Source: Bacteriovoracia bacterium (GTDB lineage: Bacteria > Bdellovibrionota > UBA1018 > CAIPTA01). Taken from it: a stretch of 64,000 nt of DNA. A model generated the notes under the pieces. That model had not been told where the DNA came from. It searched no databases and saw only the letters and a program-made list of their open reading frames with translations. Shown here piece after piece: positions 57,037-64,000 of this stretch; position 1 is the first letter of the stretch; each line of letters opens with the position of its first letter. A program made the translations under genes and the position numbers. The stretch covers positions 64,001-128,000 of the forward strand of contig JBFWVL010000002.1 of NCBI GenBank assembly GCA_050246755.1. The letters are read 5' to 3'.

Positions 57037-58527
57037 TTATTTCGCGTTCTTGTATAGCGCGAGCGCATGCACTTTTCGGCGCGCATGTTCCACCATTGGC
57101 TTGGGGTAGGCGCTTCCCCGGTTCCCTTCGGGATCGTGAATGTCCTTTAGGGAAATGGCTTTTAATTCCGGAAGGTATTTCCGAATATATTCGGCTTTGG
57201 GATCGAACTTCGCGCCTTGGAGCCAAGGGTTGAAAACCCTAAAATAAGGCTGAGGATCGCAACCGGTAGACGCGGCCCACTGCCAGCCGCCGTTATTGGG
57301 AGCTAGGTCGCCATCGAGCAGTTCCCGCATAAAGAATTTTTCGCCTTCTTGCCAGCTGATCAGCAGATCCTTGGTGAGAAAGGACGCCACGATCATGCGC
57401 ACGCGATTATGCATCCAGCCGGTCTGGCGCAGCTGCCGCATGCCTGCATCCACGATGGGAAAACCAGTTTCTCCTTTTTGCCAGCGCTCCAGCCAGGCAG
57501 GGTTGGTCTGCCACTCGAGGTGTTTATACTTGGCGAGGAAGGCTTCCTTTTCCACGCGCGGGCAGTGGTAAAGGATGTGGTAGTAAAATTCCCGCCACAC
57601 CAGTTCCTGCAGGAATTTCGTACGGCTATTTTTTTCGCTGAGTGCGCAGTCTTGCAGCCCGAAAAAAGCCACCGCCTGCGCGGGGGTGAGGGAACCATTT
57701 TTAAAATAGATGGAAAATCGGGAAGTGCCGCCGAGGGAAGGTAGGTCGCGGTGTTCGTCGTAGCGAGCGAGGTGTTTCTTGAAGGCCTGCAGGCTTTCCC
57801 AAACCGCCTTTGAGCCCGCAGGGGGAAGGGAAATGGTGACCATTTTTTTATTCTTCACGAGAAAAGCTTCCAGCTGATCCGGATAAGGAAAATTTTTGCC
57901 GCCGAGATCTTTCCACTTTAACTGGAATAATCTTTTTTCGAATTCGCCCGCGGCCGCCTTTTTTAGGTAATTCAGTCCCACGATCTTTTGATCGAAGCGA
58001 TCGCGGAATTCTCCCCCGGCTTTTAGCTGGAACCACCTTTTCGAAAATGGCGTATACACTTGGTAAAAAGAGTCAGGACCGTCTTTTTCAAGCTCGCAAG
58101 GCTCGATCATTAAGTGATCGCGTTCGGTATGAAGGGGCAAATCCAATTTCCCCAGAAGCTTTTGCACGAGACTATCGCGCTTTCTAGCAAATGGTTCGTA
58201 GTCCCGGTTATGGCAGAGCTCGGCGATATTTTTTTCTTTCGCCTCGCGCCGGATCCAGTCCACGATTTTTTCCAGGCATTCCACTGGCAGGGCATCCACC
58301 ACGAGTAAATCTCCGCCCTGAGCCCGCATTTCTTCACGTAAGGAGGAGAGCGTATTAAGGAAGAAGCCGAAGCGATTCGCCGAAAAATCCTGGCGCCCCA
58401 AAAAGGAAGCATCAAAGGAAAATAGGCCCAATACCCGGCCTTCGTATTTTTTCAGGGCATACTGAAGAGCGGGGTTTCCGGCAATGCGCAGGTCGCGGCG
58501 GAACCAATGGATGGCGAAAGGTTTCAT
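57037..58527 (-). CDS. phrB: Deoxyribodipyrimidine photolyase (class I-like)
   Basis: WFRRDLR, WREFY, GETGFPIVDAGMRQL..TGWMHNRVRM, NNGGWQW. Confidence 0.95.
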   Translation of the reverse strand: MKPFAIHWFRRDLRIAGNPALQYALKKYEGRVLGLFSFDASFLGRQDFSANRFGFFLNTLSSLREEMRAQGGDLLVVDALPVECLEKIVDWIRREAKEKNIAELCHNRDYEPFARKRDSLVQKLLGKLDLPLHTERDHLMIEPCELEKDGPDSFYQVYTPFSKRWFQLKAGGEFRDRFDQKIVGLNYLKKAAAGEFEKRLFQLKWKDLGGKNFPYPDQLEAFLVKNKKMVTISLPPAGSKAVWESLQAFKKHLARYDEHRDLPSLGGTSRFSIYFKNGSLTPAQAVAFFGLQDCALSEKNSRTKFLQELVWREFYYHILYHCPRVEKEAFLAKYKHLEWQTNPAWLERWQKGETGFPIVDAGMRQLRQTGWMHNRVRMIVASFLTKDLLISWQEGEKFFMRELLDGDLAPNNGGWQWAASTGCDPQPYFRVFNPWLQGAKFDPKAEYIRKYLPELKAISLKDIHDPEGNRGSAYPKPMVEHARRKVHALALYKNAK

Positions 58528-59366
58528 TAGTACGCTTCAGCTCTGGCCAGAATCCAAGAATAGAAAATCACCGAATCCGGCGCTTTCTTCAGCCGTTCAG
58601 ATTCCGCCGACATCTCCTTCACGAGATCGGGCGTAATCCGGCCCGCCGCGATCAAGCCCGGGGCGCCGCTAAGCAAAAGATTGGTCCAGTAGTCGATGAA
58701 GGCCGCACGTTTCTTGGGCATGCGGTTATCGAATTGATAGGTGAGCACCTTGGTGGTCACGTTCTGAAAGCCCGCTTTCATGAGATAGTTTGCGAGCTTC
58801 CCGCCCACGAACGGATCTCCTTTGAGCGACCACTGGTGGTCATTGAACTCGAACCAATACTTCAGCGTCGCGGGTGAATAGGGGTGAACGTAAAAGGTGG
58901 CGTTGAATACCTCGTTGCAATAAATCACGCCGCCCGGCCTCAGTACCCGGCGCGCCTCTTCGAGGATTCCCACCGGATTCTGCACGTGTTCGAGCAGCCA
59001 GCAGATAAAAGCGCCATCGAAAGTGCTGTCGGCGTAGGGGAGCTGGAAGGCATCGGCTTGGTCGATTTTCACGCGGCCGTTCGAGACGAATTCCTTCAGG
59101 GCTTCACGGGCCCTTGCCACCTGCTCTTTGGAGGCGTCTACGCACTGGACCTTCGCTTGGGGGTTTCGCTCGAGCAAAATCTGGGTTTGGGCGCCTACGC
59201 CGCTGCCGATTTCCAAAAGGTTTTCCCGCCCGGAAAAGTCGATCTGGGAAAATATTTTCTCTTCGTGCACCCGGGCCTGTTTGAATAAGCGATCTTGCTC
59301 TTCCTTCGTGAAGCCGTGGATATAGCCGTCTGCCATTCCCGTTTTGGGGCCGGATTTTTTCGTCAT
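58527..59366 (-). CDS. Class I SAM-dependent methyltransferase
   Basis: LEIGSGVG, ADA..LP, LLEHV, RVLRPGG. Confidence 0.9.
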   Translation of the reverse strand: MTKKSGPKTGMADGYIHGFTKEEQDRLFKQARVHEEKIFSQIDFSGRENLLEIGSGVGAQTQILLERNPQAKVQCVDASKEQVARAREALKEFVSNGRVKIDQADAFQLPYADSTFDGAFICWLLEHVQNPVGILEEARRVLRPGGVIYCNEVFNATFYVHPYSPATLKYWFEFNDHQWSLKGDPFVGGKLANYLMKAGFQNVTTKVLTYQFDNRMPKKRAAFIDYWTNLLLSGAPGLIAAGRITPDLVKEMSAESERLKKAPDSVIFYSWILARAEAY

Positions 59367-59431
59367 CCTACCCTTTTACCCCGACACTCGTCTTACCGGA
59401 AGCATTCGGGGAATAATGCCTCGGAAATTTC

Positions 59432-59447
59432 TGGCGCGGCCCCTGCA
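59432..59447 (+). promoter_or_regulatory. Putative sigma54 promoter
   Basis: TGGCGCGGCCCCTGCA (GG-N10-GC) upstream of the GlsB/YeaQ gene. Confidence 0.55.
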
Positions 59448-59504
59448 GTAGGCTCCCTTACGAACGATGAAGTTCGGGCTTTTTCAAACTTTAAAAGGAG
59501 AGTT

Positions 59505-59768
59505 ATGCAAATTCTAGCAACGATTCTAATCGGATTCGTGGTGGGCCTCGTGGCTCGTTTCGTAAAACCGGGCCGCGATAGCATGGGCATCGTATTTACG
59601 ACCGTATTGGGAATTGTGGGAGCCGTGGTGGCTACCTACTTGGGCCAGGCGTTGGGAATCTACTACGTGGGCGAGCCCGCCGGATTTTTGGGCGCCGTGG
59701 TAGGAGCCGTGTTAGTGCTGGCCGTGGTGCAGGCTATTTTCGGCCGCCGCCGCGCGCGGTTTCTCTAA
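59505..59768 (+). CDS. GlsB/YeaQ/YmgE family stress-response membrane protein
   Basis: IGFVVGLVARFVKPG...LGIVGA...GFLGAVVGA; SD AGGAG. Confidence 0.92.
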   Translation: MQILATILIGFVVGLVARFVKPGRDSMGIVFTTVLGIVGAVVATYLGQALGIYYVGEPAGFLGAVVGAVLVLAVVQAIFGRRRARFL

Positions 59769-59857
59769 TGATTAATACGTACCTTTTCGCAGTCATGGCG
59801 GTGGCCACCATATTGGTGGGGGGGTATCTTTGGATACGACCCAAAAAAAAGCTCTAG
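59768..59857 (+). CDS. 29-aa single-pass membrane microprotein (not in the ORF track)
   Basis: MINTYLFAVMAVATILVGGYLWIRPKKKL; TAATG stop/start overlap; terminator follows. Confidence 0.55.
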   Translation: MINTYLFAVMAVATILVGGYLWIRPKKKL

Positions 59858-59863
59858 CGTATG

Positions 59864-59904
59864 GCCTGACCCGGGGAACCGCGCCTTCCTGGGTTGGGCT
59901 TTTC
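59864..59904 (+). terminator. Putative intrinsic terminator
   Basis: GCCTGACCCGGGG...CCTGGGTTGGGC stem followed by TTTT. Confidence 0.55.
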
Positions 59905-60198
59905 TCATCCTAGCTGGTCTACTTGATTGTTGTTTTTGCGACGATTCGCGCGTGAATTCGCGAACCTGCCTCCAGCTGGCATAAATTAGAAACCATTTAA
60001 AAAATTGCCGAGCGACCAGGCGTGGTTAGCGACTTCCATCAACAATTAAGTAGACCAGGTCTTATTTTTCAGCCTTTCCAGCCACTTGAGCTATCGCTTG
60101 CAAGTGCTCGATATTAAAACAAAATAGATCACTCAAGATTCTGCCCGATAATGACGATGAGTAGAGCGAGCTAAGAGCTTTAAACGAGGCGGTTTCTC

Positions 60199-62337
60199 AT
60201 GAAATTTGGAATATTTTTCGGCGTTTTTCTTCTGCTTCCGCTGGCGGCCAGCGCGGAGGATATCGGCTTCTCGTATACCAGTGCCGATGGCACGGTTTAT
60301 ACCAGCACCACTGCGCCCGCCTATTGTAAGCGTTATTATGCCAAAAGTAGTTCCGCGACCGTTCAAGGTGGAGGCGACATGCCTTACGCTTGTATCGACC
60401 CGCAATTTACCACGTCGAAAGCGGCGGCGCGTAAGATCCGTGAAACCGAATCCAAAAATGACGAAACCACCGCCAAGGGAGAGCGCAAGTGGTGGCAGTG
60501 GGGACGCGACGAAAGCGAATCTAAGATCACCGAACGCGACGAAGAAATCAAAAAAGTAGGTCGTCCTAAGGCCTCGGTTCCTCCTGCGCCGCGCCCCCGT
60601 TCGAGCCGCGAAGAAAATGTGGTGGAACTCACGCCCGTGATTGAGGGCGAAGAAGATGGCTTCATTGACGAGAAAAAAGACGGCCGCATTGGCGCGAAGC
60701 TTCCACCGGCTCCTGGTTCGGGCCGCAGCACGGTGAAAATTCTTCCTCCCGCTTCTGACTTTGAGAACGAGGATGGAAATGGCAAAGGCAAAAAGGGCGG
60801 ACGCCCAGTAGCCAAGTTACCTCCGGCACCCCCGAGTGAAGATTTCGGCGACGATGACTCTTTCGACGGAAACGGCAAAAACGGTGGCAAGGGCGACAAA
60901 GGTGGCCGCATTGGCGCGAAGCTTCCACCGGCTCCTGGTTCGGGCCGCAGCACGGTGAAAATTCTTCCTCCCGCTTCTGACTTTGAGAACGAGGATGGAA
61001 ATGGCAAAGGCAAAAAGGGCGGACGCCCAGTAGCCAAGTTACCTCCGGCACCCCCGAGTGAAGATTTCGGCGACGATGACTCTTTCGACGGAAACGGCAA
61101 AAACGGTGGCAAGGGCGACAAAGGTGGCCGCATTGGCGCCAAGCTTCCTCCGGCTCCAGGCTCGGGCCGCAGCACGGTGAAAATTCTTCCCCCCGCGTCC
61201 GATTTTGAAGACGATTTCGATGGCAGCGGTAAGGGCAAAAAGGGCGGACGCCCCGTAGCTAAGTTGCCTCCGGCGCCTCCTTCCGAGGATTTCGAAGAAC
61301 AGGATGATTTTGGCAAAGGGAAAAAAGCCTTACGCCCGAAAGCGAAGCTGCCCCCTCCGGCCCGAATCAGCGATCGTGACCGCGACGTAGACATCGAGGG
61401 CCTGCGCGCGCGCCTCCAGCCGCTCACGATTACCCAGCCCAACGGCAAAAAAATCACGATCCAAGACACCAAGCCGGTATTTGCTGGCCCGGAAGTAGAG
61501 TGTATCGACTCGAGCTCTCGCCCCAAGGACGTAATTCCCACCGCTCCCTGGTTTAAGGACGTGAATCGCCGCGTGGCTCAAGAAAATTCCAGCGACGAGG
61601 CCGATTTATATGCCCGGATGGCGAAACGCACTCCCGAGCAGGAACGGTGCTTGGCCGAAGCTCCCGAATCTCCTACGCGCATATTGCTCGCGTTCGACGC
61701 TTTCGGCGATTTCGACTACGTGGACTACTATAAACAGAAAAAAGCTAAGCTTTCGGAACAGGACGCGGAAGCCTACCGCCTCAGCGTCGGAAAAGCCGTG
61801 CCCAAAGAGTACCGTGAGTCCACCAATATTCATTGGAAGTACTACGGCAAGGAAACTTCGAATAAAGACGCGCTCACTCCGGCCGCCCGCTGCGCGTTCG
61901 AGTTGGCCACCAAGCCTTATAAAAATAAAAAGGGCGAAATTGTTTACAATACGATCGCGCTCGGGGGCCATAGCTTTGGGTCCGCCGCCGCTTATAAAGT
62001 AGCCAACGTGCTGAAGAAGCTCGGGGTACGGGTGGATCTCATGGTGACCACCGATCCTCGCCAGCTGCCCACCAACGGTAAAAAAGCGGACACCCTGCAG
62101 GTTCCTCCTACCGTGGGCCGCTGGGTGAATTTCTATCAGCGCAATGATTCGCTGATTAAGGGATTCAACGTGGACGGCGCCATCAATCGCGATATTAGCG
62201 ATACCGGCGTAACCCATGCGCAAATCCCGCAGAACGTGGAAGTAAGCAAGCGTATTGGCATGGAGATCATGCAGTTGCCTCGCTGTAAGGCGGATTTTAA
62301 AAACGCGCTTTCGCAACAAAACGCTTCCTGCGACTAA
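60199..62337 (+). CDS. Exported protein with Pro/Gly/Asp/Lys tandem repeats and C-terminal alpha/beta-hydrolase-like domain
   Basis: Signal peptide; 74-aa repeats; GGHSFG elbow, TTDP, THAQI. Confidence 0.85.
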   Translation: MKFGIFFGVFLLLPLAASAEDIGFSYTSADGTVYTSTTAPAYCKRYYAKSSSATVQGGGDMPYACIDPQFTTSKAAARKIRETESKNDETTAKGERKWWQWGRDESESKITERDEEIKKVGRPKASVPPAPRPRSSREENVVELTPVIEGEEDGFIDEKKDGRIGAKLPPAPGSGRSTVKILPPASDFENEDGNGKGKKGGRPVAKLPPAPPSEDFGDDDSFDGNGKNGGKGDKGGRIGAKLPPAPGSGRSTVKILPPASDFENEDGNGKGKKGGRPVAKLPPAPPSEDFGDDDSFDGNGKNGGKGDKGGRIGAKLPPAPGSGRSTVKILPPASDFEDDFDGSGKGKKGGRPVAKLPPAPPSEDFEEQDDFGKGKKALRPKAKLPPPARISDRDRDVDIEGLRARLQPLTITQPNGKKITIQDTKPVFAGPEVECIDSSSRPKDVIPTAPWFKDVNRRVAQENSSDEADLYARMAKRTPEQERCLAEAPESPTRILLAFDAFGDFDYVDYYKQKKAKLSEQDAEAYRLSVGKAVPKEYRESTNIHWKYYGKETSNKDALTPAARCAFELATKPYKNKKGEIVYNTIALGGHSFGSAAAYKVANVLKKLGVRVDLMVTTDPRQLPTNGKKADTLQVPPTVGRWVNFYQRNDSLIKGFNVDGAINRDISDTGVTHAQIPQNVEVSKRIGMEIMQLPRCKADFKNALSQQNASCD
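60682..61290 (+). repeat. 222-bp coding tandem repeat, about 2.7 copies
   Basis: Units start at 60682, 60904 and 61126. The first two appear identical; the third carries synonymous changes. Confidence 0.92.
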
Positions 62338-62358
62338 TCAGTATTGCGCTTAACGGCA

Positions 62359-62395
62359 CAAAGCGGCGGGAGAAATTCCGTCCCCTTTGCTTTTT
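62359..62395 (+). terminator. Putative intrinsic terminator
   Basis: Imperfect GC stem followed by a T run after the 62337 stop. Confidence 0.5.
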
Positions 62396-62447
62396 GACGC
62401 GTTTTAACCCAAGCAAACTGCTGGTATAGTATCTCTAAATCAGAGGT

Positions 62448-63263
62448 ATGGTCATGAAGCGCGTTTCCTATTTATTGCCACTTGCCGCCGTTTTGCTTTT
62501 TACCGGCTGTTCCCATATTCCGGGGGTGAAAGAGCCCACCGAGGCCGAGCTGAATGCGGAATCCGCCAAAGCCTACGAAGAAGTGAAGGCGAAATCCAAG
62601 CGCTCCACGAATGCCGAGTGGACGGCAATGGTGGAAAGGGTTTCGAAACGAATTGCGGCGGCTTCAGGGGAAAATTTCCAGTGGGAATATATTTTGATCG
62701 AAAATCCTGAGCCGAACGCATGGTGTATGCCGGGCGGGAAGATGGCGGTTTATACCGGGATCATGCCGGTGCTGAAAACAGAAGCGGCCTTGGCCGCGGT
62801 AATGGGGCATGAGGTGGCGCACGCCACGCGCCGGCACGGGCAGCAACGCTACGCACGCGCGATGAAGTCGAACGTGATTGGCCTCGTAGTGGGCGGCGCT
62901 TCAGTGTTGGGTGGGCAGCTCCTCTGTAAGACGAAGGAATGCAAAATGCTCACTGGCCTCGGCGGTGCGGCGGCTGGATTCGCGGTGGCGTTCTTCGATC
63001 GCAAGTTTTCCCGTGCAGATGAAACGGAGGCCGATAAAGTGGGCCAAATTTATATGGCAAAGGCCGGTTACGATCCTTCCGAGTCCATCAAGCTCTGGGA
63101 GCGGATGGGGGCGGCGAACAAAGGCAAGGCGCCTGCGGAGTGGATGTCCACGCACCCTTCGGATTCCACGCGGCGTTCGAACCTAACGGCGTGGATGCCG
63201 GAAGCCGAGACGGTCTATTCCCAGGCCCCGCAGAAATTTGGCCTCGGCGCGCCGATCCGTTAG
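62448..63263 (+). CDS. M48-family metallopeptidase lipoprotein
   Basis: Lipobox FTGC; NAWCMPGGK, GHEVAHA, E.EAD, STHP. Confidence 0.95.
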   Translation: MVMKRVSYLLPLAAVLLFTGCSHIPGVKEPTEAELNAESAKAYEEVKAKSKRSTNAEWTAMVERVSKRIAAASGENFQWEYILIENPEPNAWCMPGGKMAVYTGIMPVLKTEAALAAVMGHEVAHATRRHGQQRYARAMKSNVIGLVVGGASVLGGQLLCKTKECKMLTGLGGAAAGFAVAFFDRKFSRADETEADKVGQIYMAKAGYDPSESIKLWERMGAANKGKAPAEWMSTHPSDSTRRSNLTAWMPEAETVYSQAPQKFGLGAPIR

Positions 63264-63269
63264 GGCCTC

Positions 63270-63611
63270 ATGAGTTTTACCATCTATCATAATCCGCGCT
63301 GCTCCAAGAGCCGGGAGGCTCTCGCGCTACTCGAAGCGGAGGGTATCAAGCCGAAGGTGGTGGAATATTTGGCGGAGCCGCCGAGCGAAACCGAGCTCCT
63401 GCTTTTGATTTCTATTTTAGACGCGCCCTTTGCTTCGCTCGTGCGCAGCAAAGACGAGAAATACCGGAAGCTGAATTTCGATTTGTCCACGAAGGAATCG
63501 GTGGCGAAGCATCTCGCGCTTCATCCAGAGCTGCTGGAGCGGCCAATCGTGGTGAAGAATAATAGGGCGGTTCTGGGCCGCCCACCCGAGAATATAAAAA
63601 AATTATTCTGA
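63270..63611 (+). CDS. arsC: ArsC/Spx family arsenate reductase (glutaredoxin type)
   Basis: IYHNPRCSKSR, LLERPIV, GRPPE. Confidence 0.92.
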   Translation: MSFTIYHNPRCSKSREALALLEAEGIKPKVVEYLAEPPSETELLLLISILDAPFASLVRSKDEKYRKLNFDLSTKESVAKHLALHPELLERPIVVKNNRAVLGRPPENIKKLF

Positions 63612-63732
63612 GCACCTCACGTACACGTATTTCGAGTTCCTCACTAAATCGTTAGCGAGCGATTAAGTGCGGTACTATTAAAAATAGCTGAGGCGGCTTT
63701 GACAGAAGGAAAAGCGTGCTCATCTTTCCTGT

Positions 63733-64000
63733 ATGACTACAGCACTACCCGCAGAATATTTACCAGTGATTGCGATTCGTCAAACCGTTCTCTTTCCCGG
63801 CGTCTCCATGCCGTTGCGGATCAATCGCGCCAAGAGCGTCGCCGCTCTCGAGCGAAGCCACGCCAAGGGCTGGCCGATTTTATTCGTGAGCCAGGAGGCC
63901 GAGAATGAAGACGATCCCCGGGCGCGCCACCTATATAAGGTGGGAACGCTTTGCCGTTTGGAAAGGGTGAAGGGATCGAAAGAGGAGGGGTACCAGGTTT
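63733..64000 (+). CDS. lon: Lon protease N-terminal domain (3'-partial, not in the ORF track)
   Basis: MTTALPAEYLPVIAIRQTVLFPGVSMPLRINRAKSVAALE...LYKVGTL; the frame runs off the window. Confidence 0.85.
   Translation, partial: MTTALPAEYLPVIAIRQTVLFPGVSMPLRINRAKSVAALERSHAKGWPILFVSQEAENEDDPRARHLYKVGTLCRLERVKGSKEEGYQV

Noticed and set aside
60384-61541. 385-aa minus-strand repeat ORF
   Set aside because: It is the mirror of the coding repeat on the plus strand.
63699-63908. 69-aa ORF in the track
   Set aside because: It overlaps, out of frame, the clearly recognisable Lon N-terminus starting at 63733.
1-64000. tRNA, rRNA, tmRNA, RNase P RNA, c-di-GMP riboswitch, IS elements
   Set aside because: No hallmark motifs were found by eye in the intergenic regions; a covariance-model search would be needed to exclude divergent copies.

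Overview
This window looks like ordinary chromosomal DNA from a moderately GC-rich bacterium. The many exported orphan proteins, two lytic-transglycosylase-like proteins and an exported phospholipase D suggest Bdellovibrionota/Oligoflexia, which is an inference from gene style only. About 65 plausible CDS are present. They include a DNA-repair pair (MBL/beta-CASP exonuclease plus a PD-(D/E)XK-nuclease/Fe-S XPD-DinG helicase fusion), yaeQ-rlmA, a CHASE3 hybrid kinase/CheR/CheB signalling operon, a two-component system, PA2779/PA2778, two DEAD-box helicases, PPK2, an RNase Z-like hydrolase, an IorAB-type molybdoenzyme cluster with XdhC, MocA and a diheme cytochrome, ABC-F (Uup), ArfB, photolyase, an M48 peptidase, ArsC and the 5' end of Lon. 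I found no rRNA, tRNA, CRISPR array, transposase or integrase. The most interesting unexplained signals are: (1) an XRE repressor divergent from a Rad52/ERF-like annealing-protein gene with a palindromic operator and a structured ~120-nt leader, outside any prophage; (2) a ~250-nt intergenic chain of seven hairpins beside deaD (candidate ncRNA); (3) a lipoprotein made of 21-aa two-Cys repeats inside the molybdoenzyme cluster; (4) a signal-peptide-bearing PD-(D/E)XK protein; (5) five sigma54-type promoters in front of small stress-type or orphan genes; (6) a window-wide leaderless-mRNA pattern; (7) a gene remnant frameshifted by a tetranucleotide repeat. All assignments come from reading motifs by eye; no searches were run.
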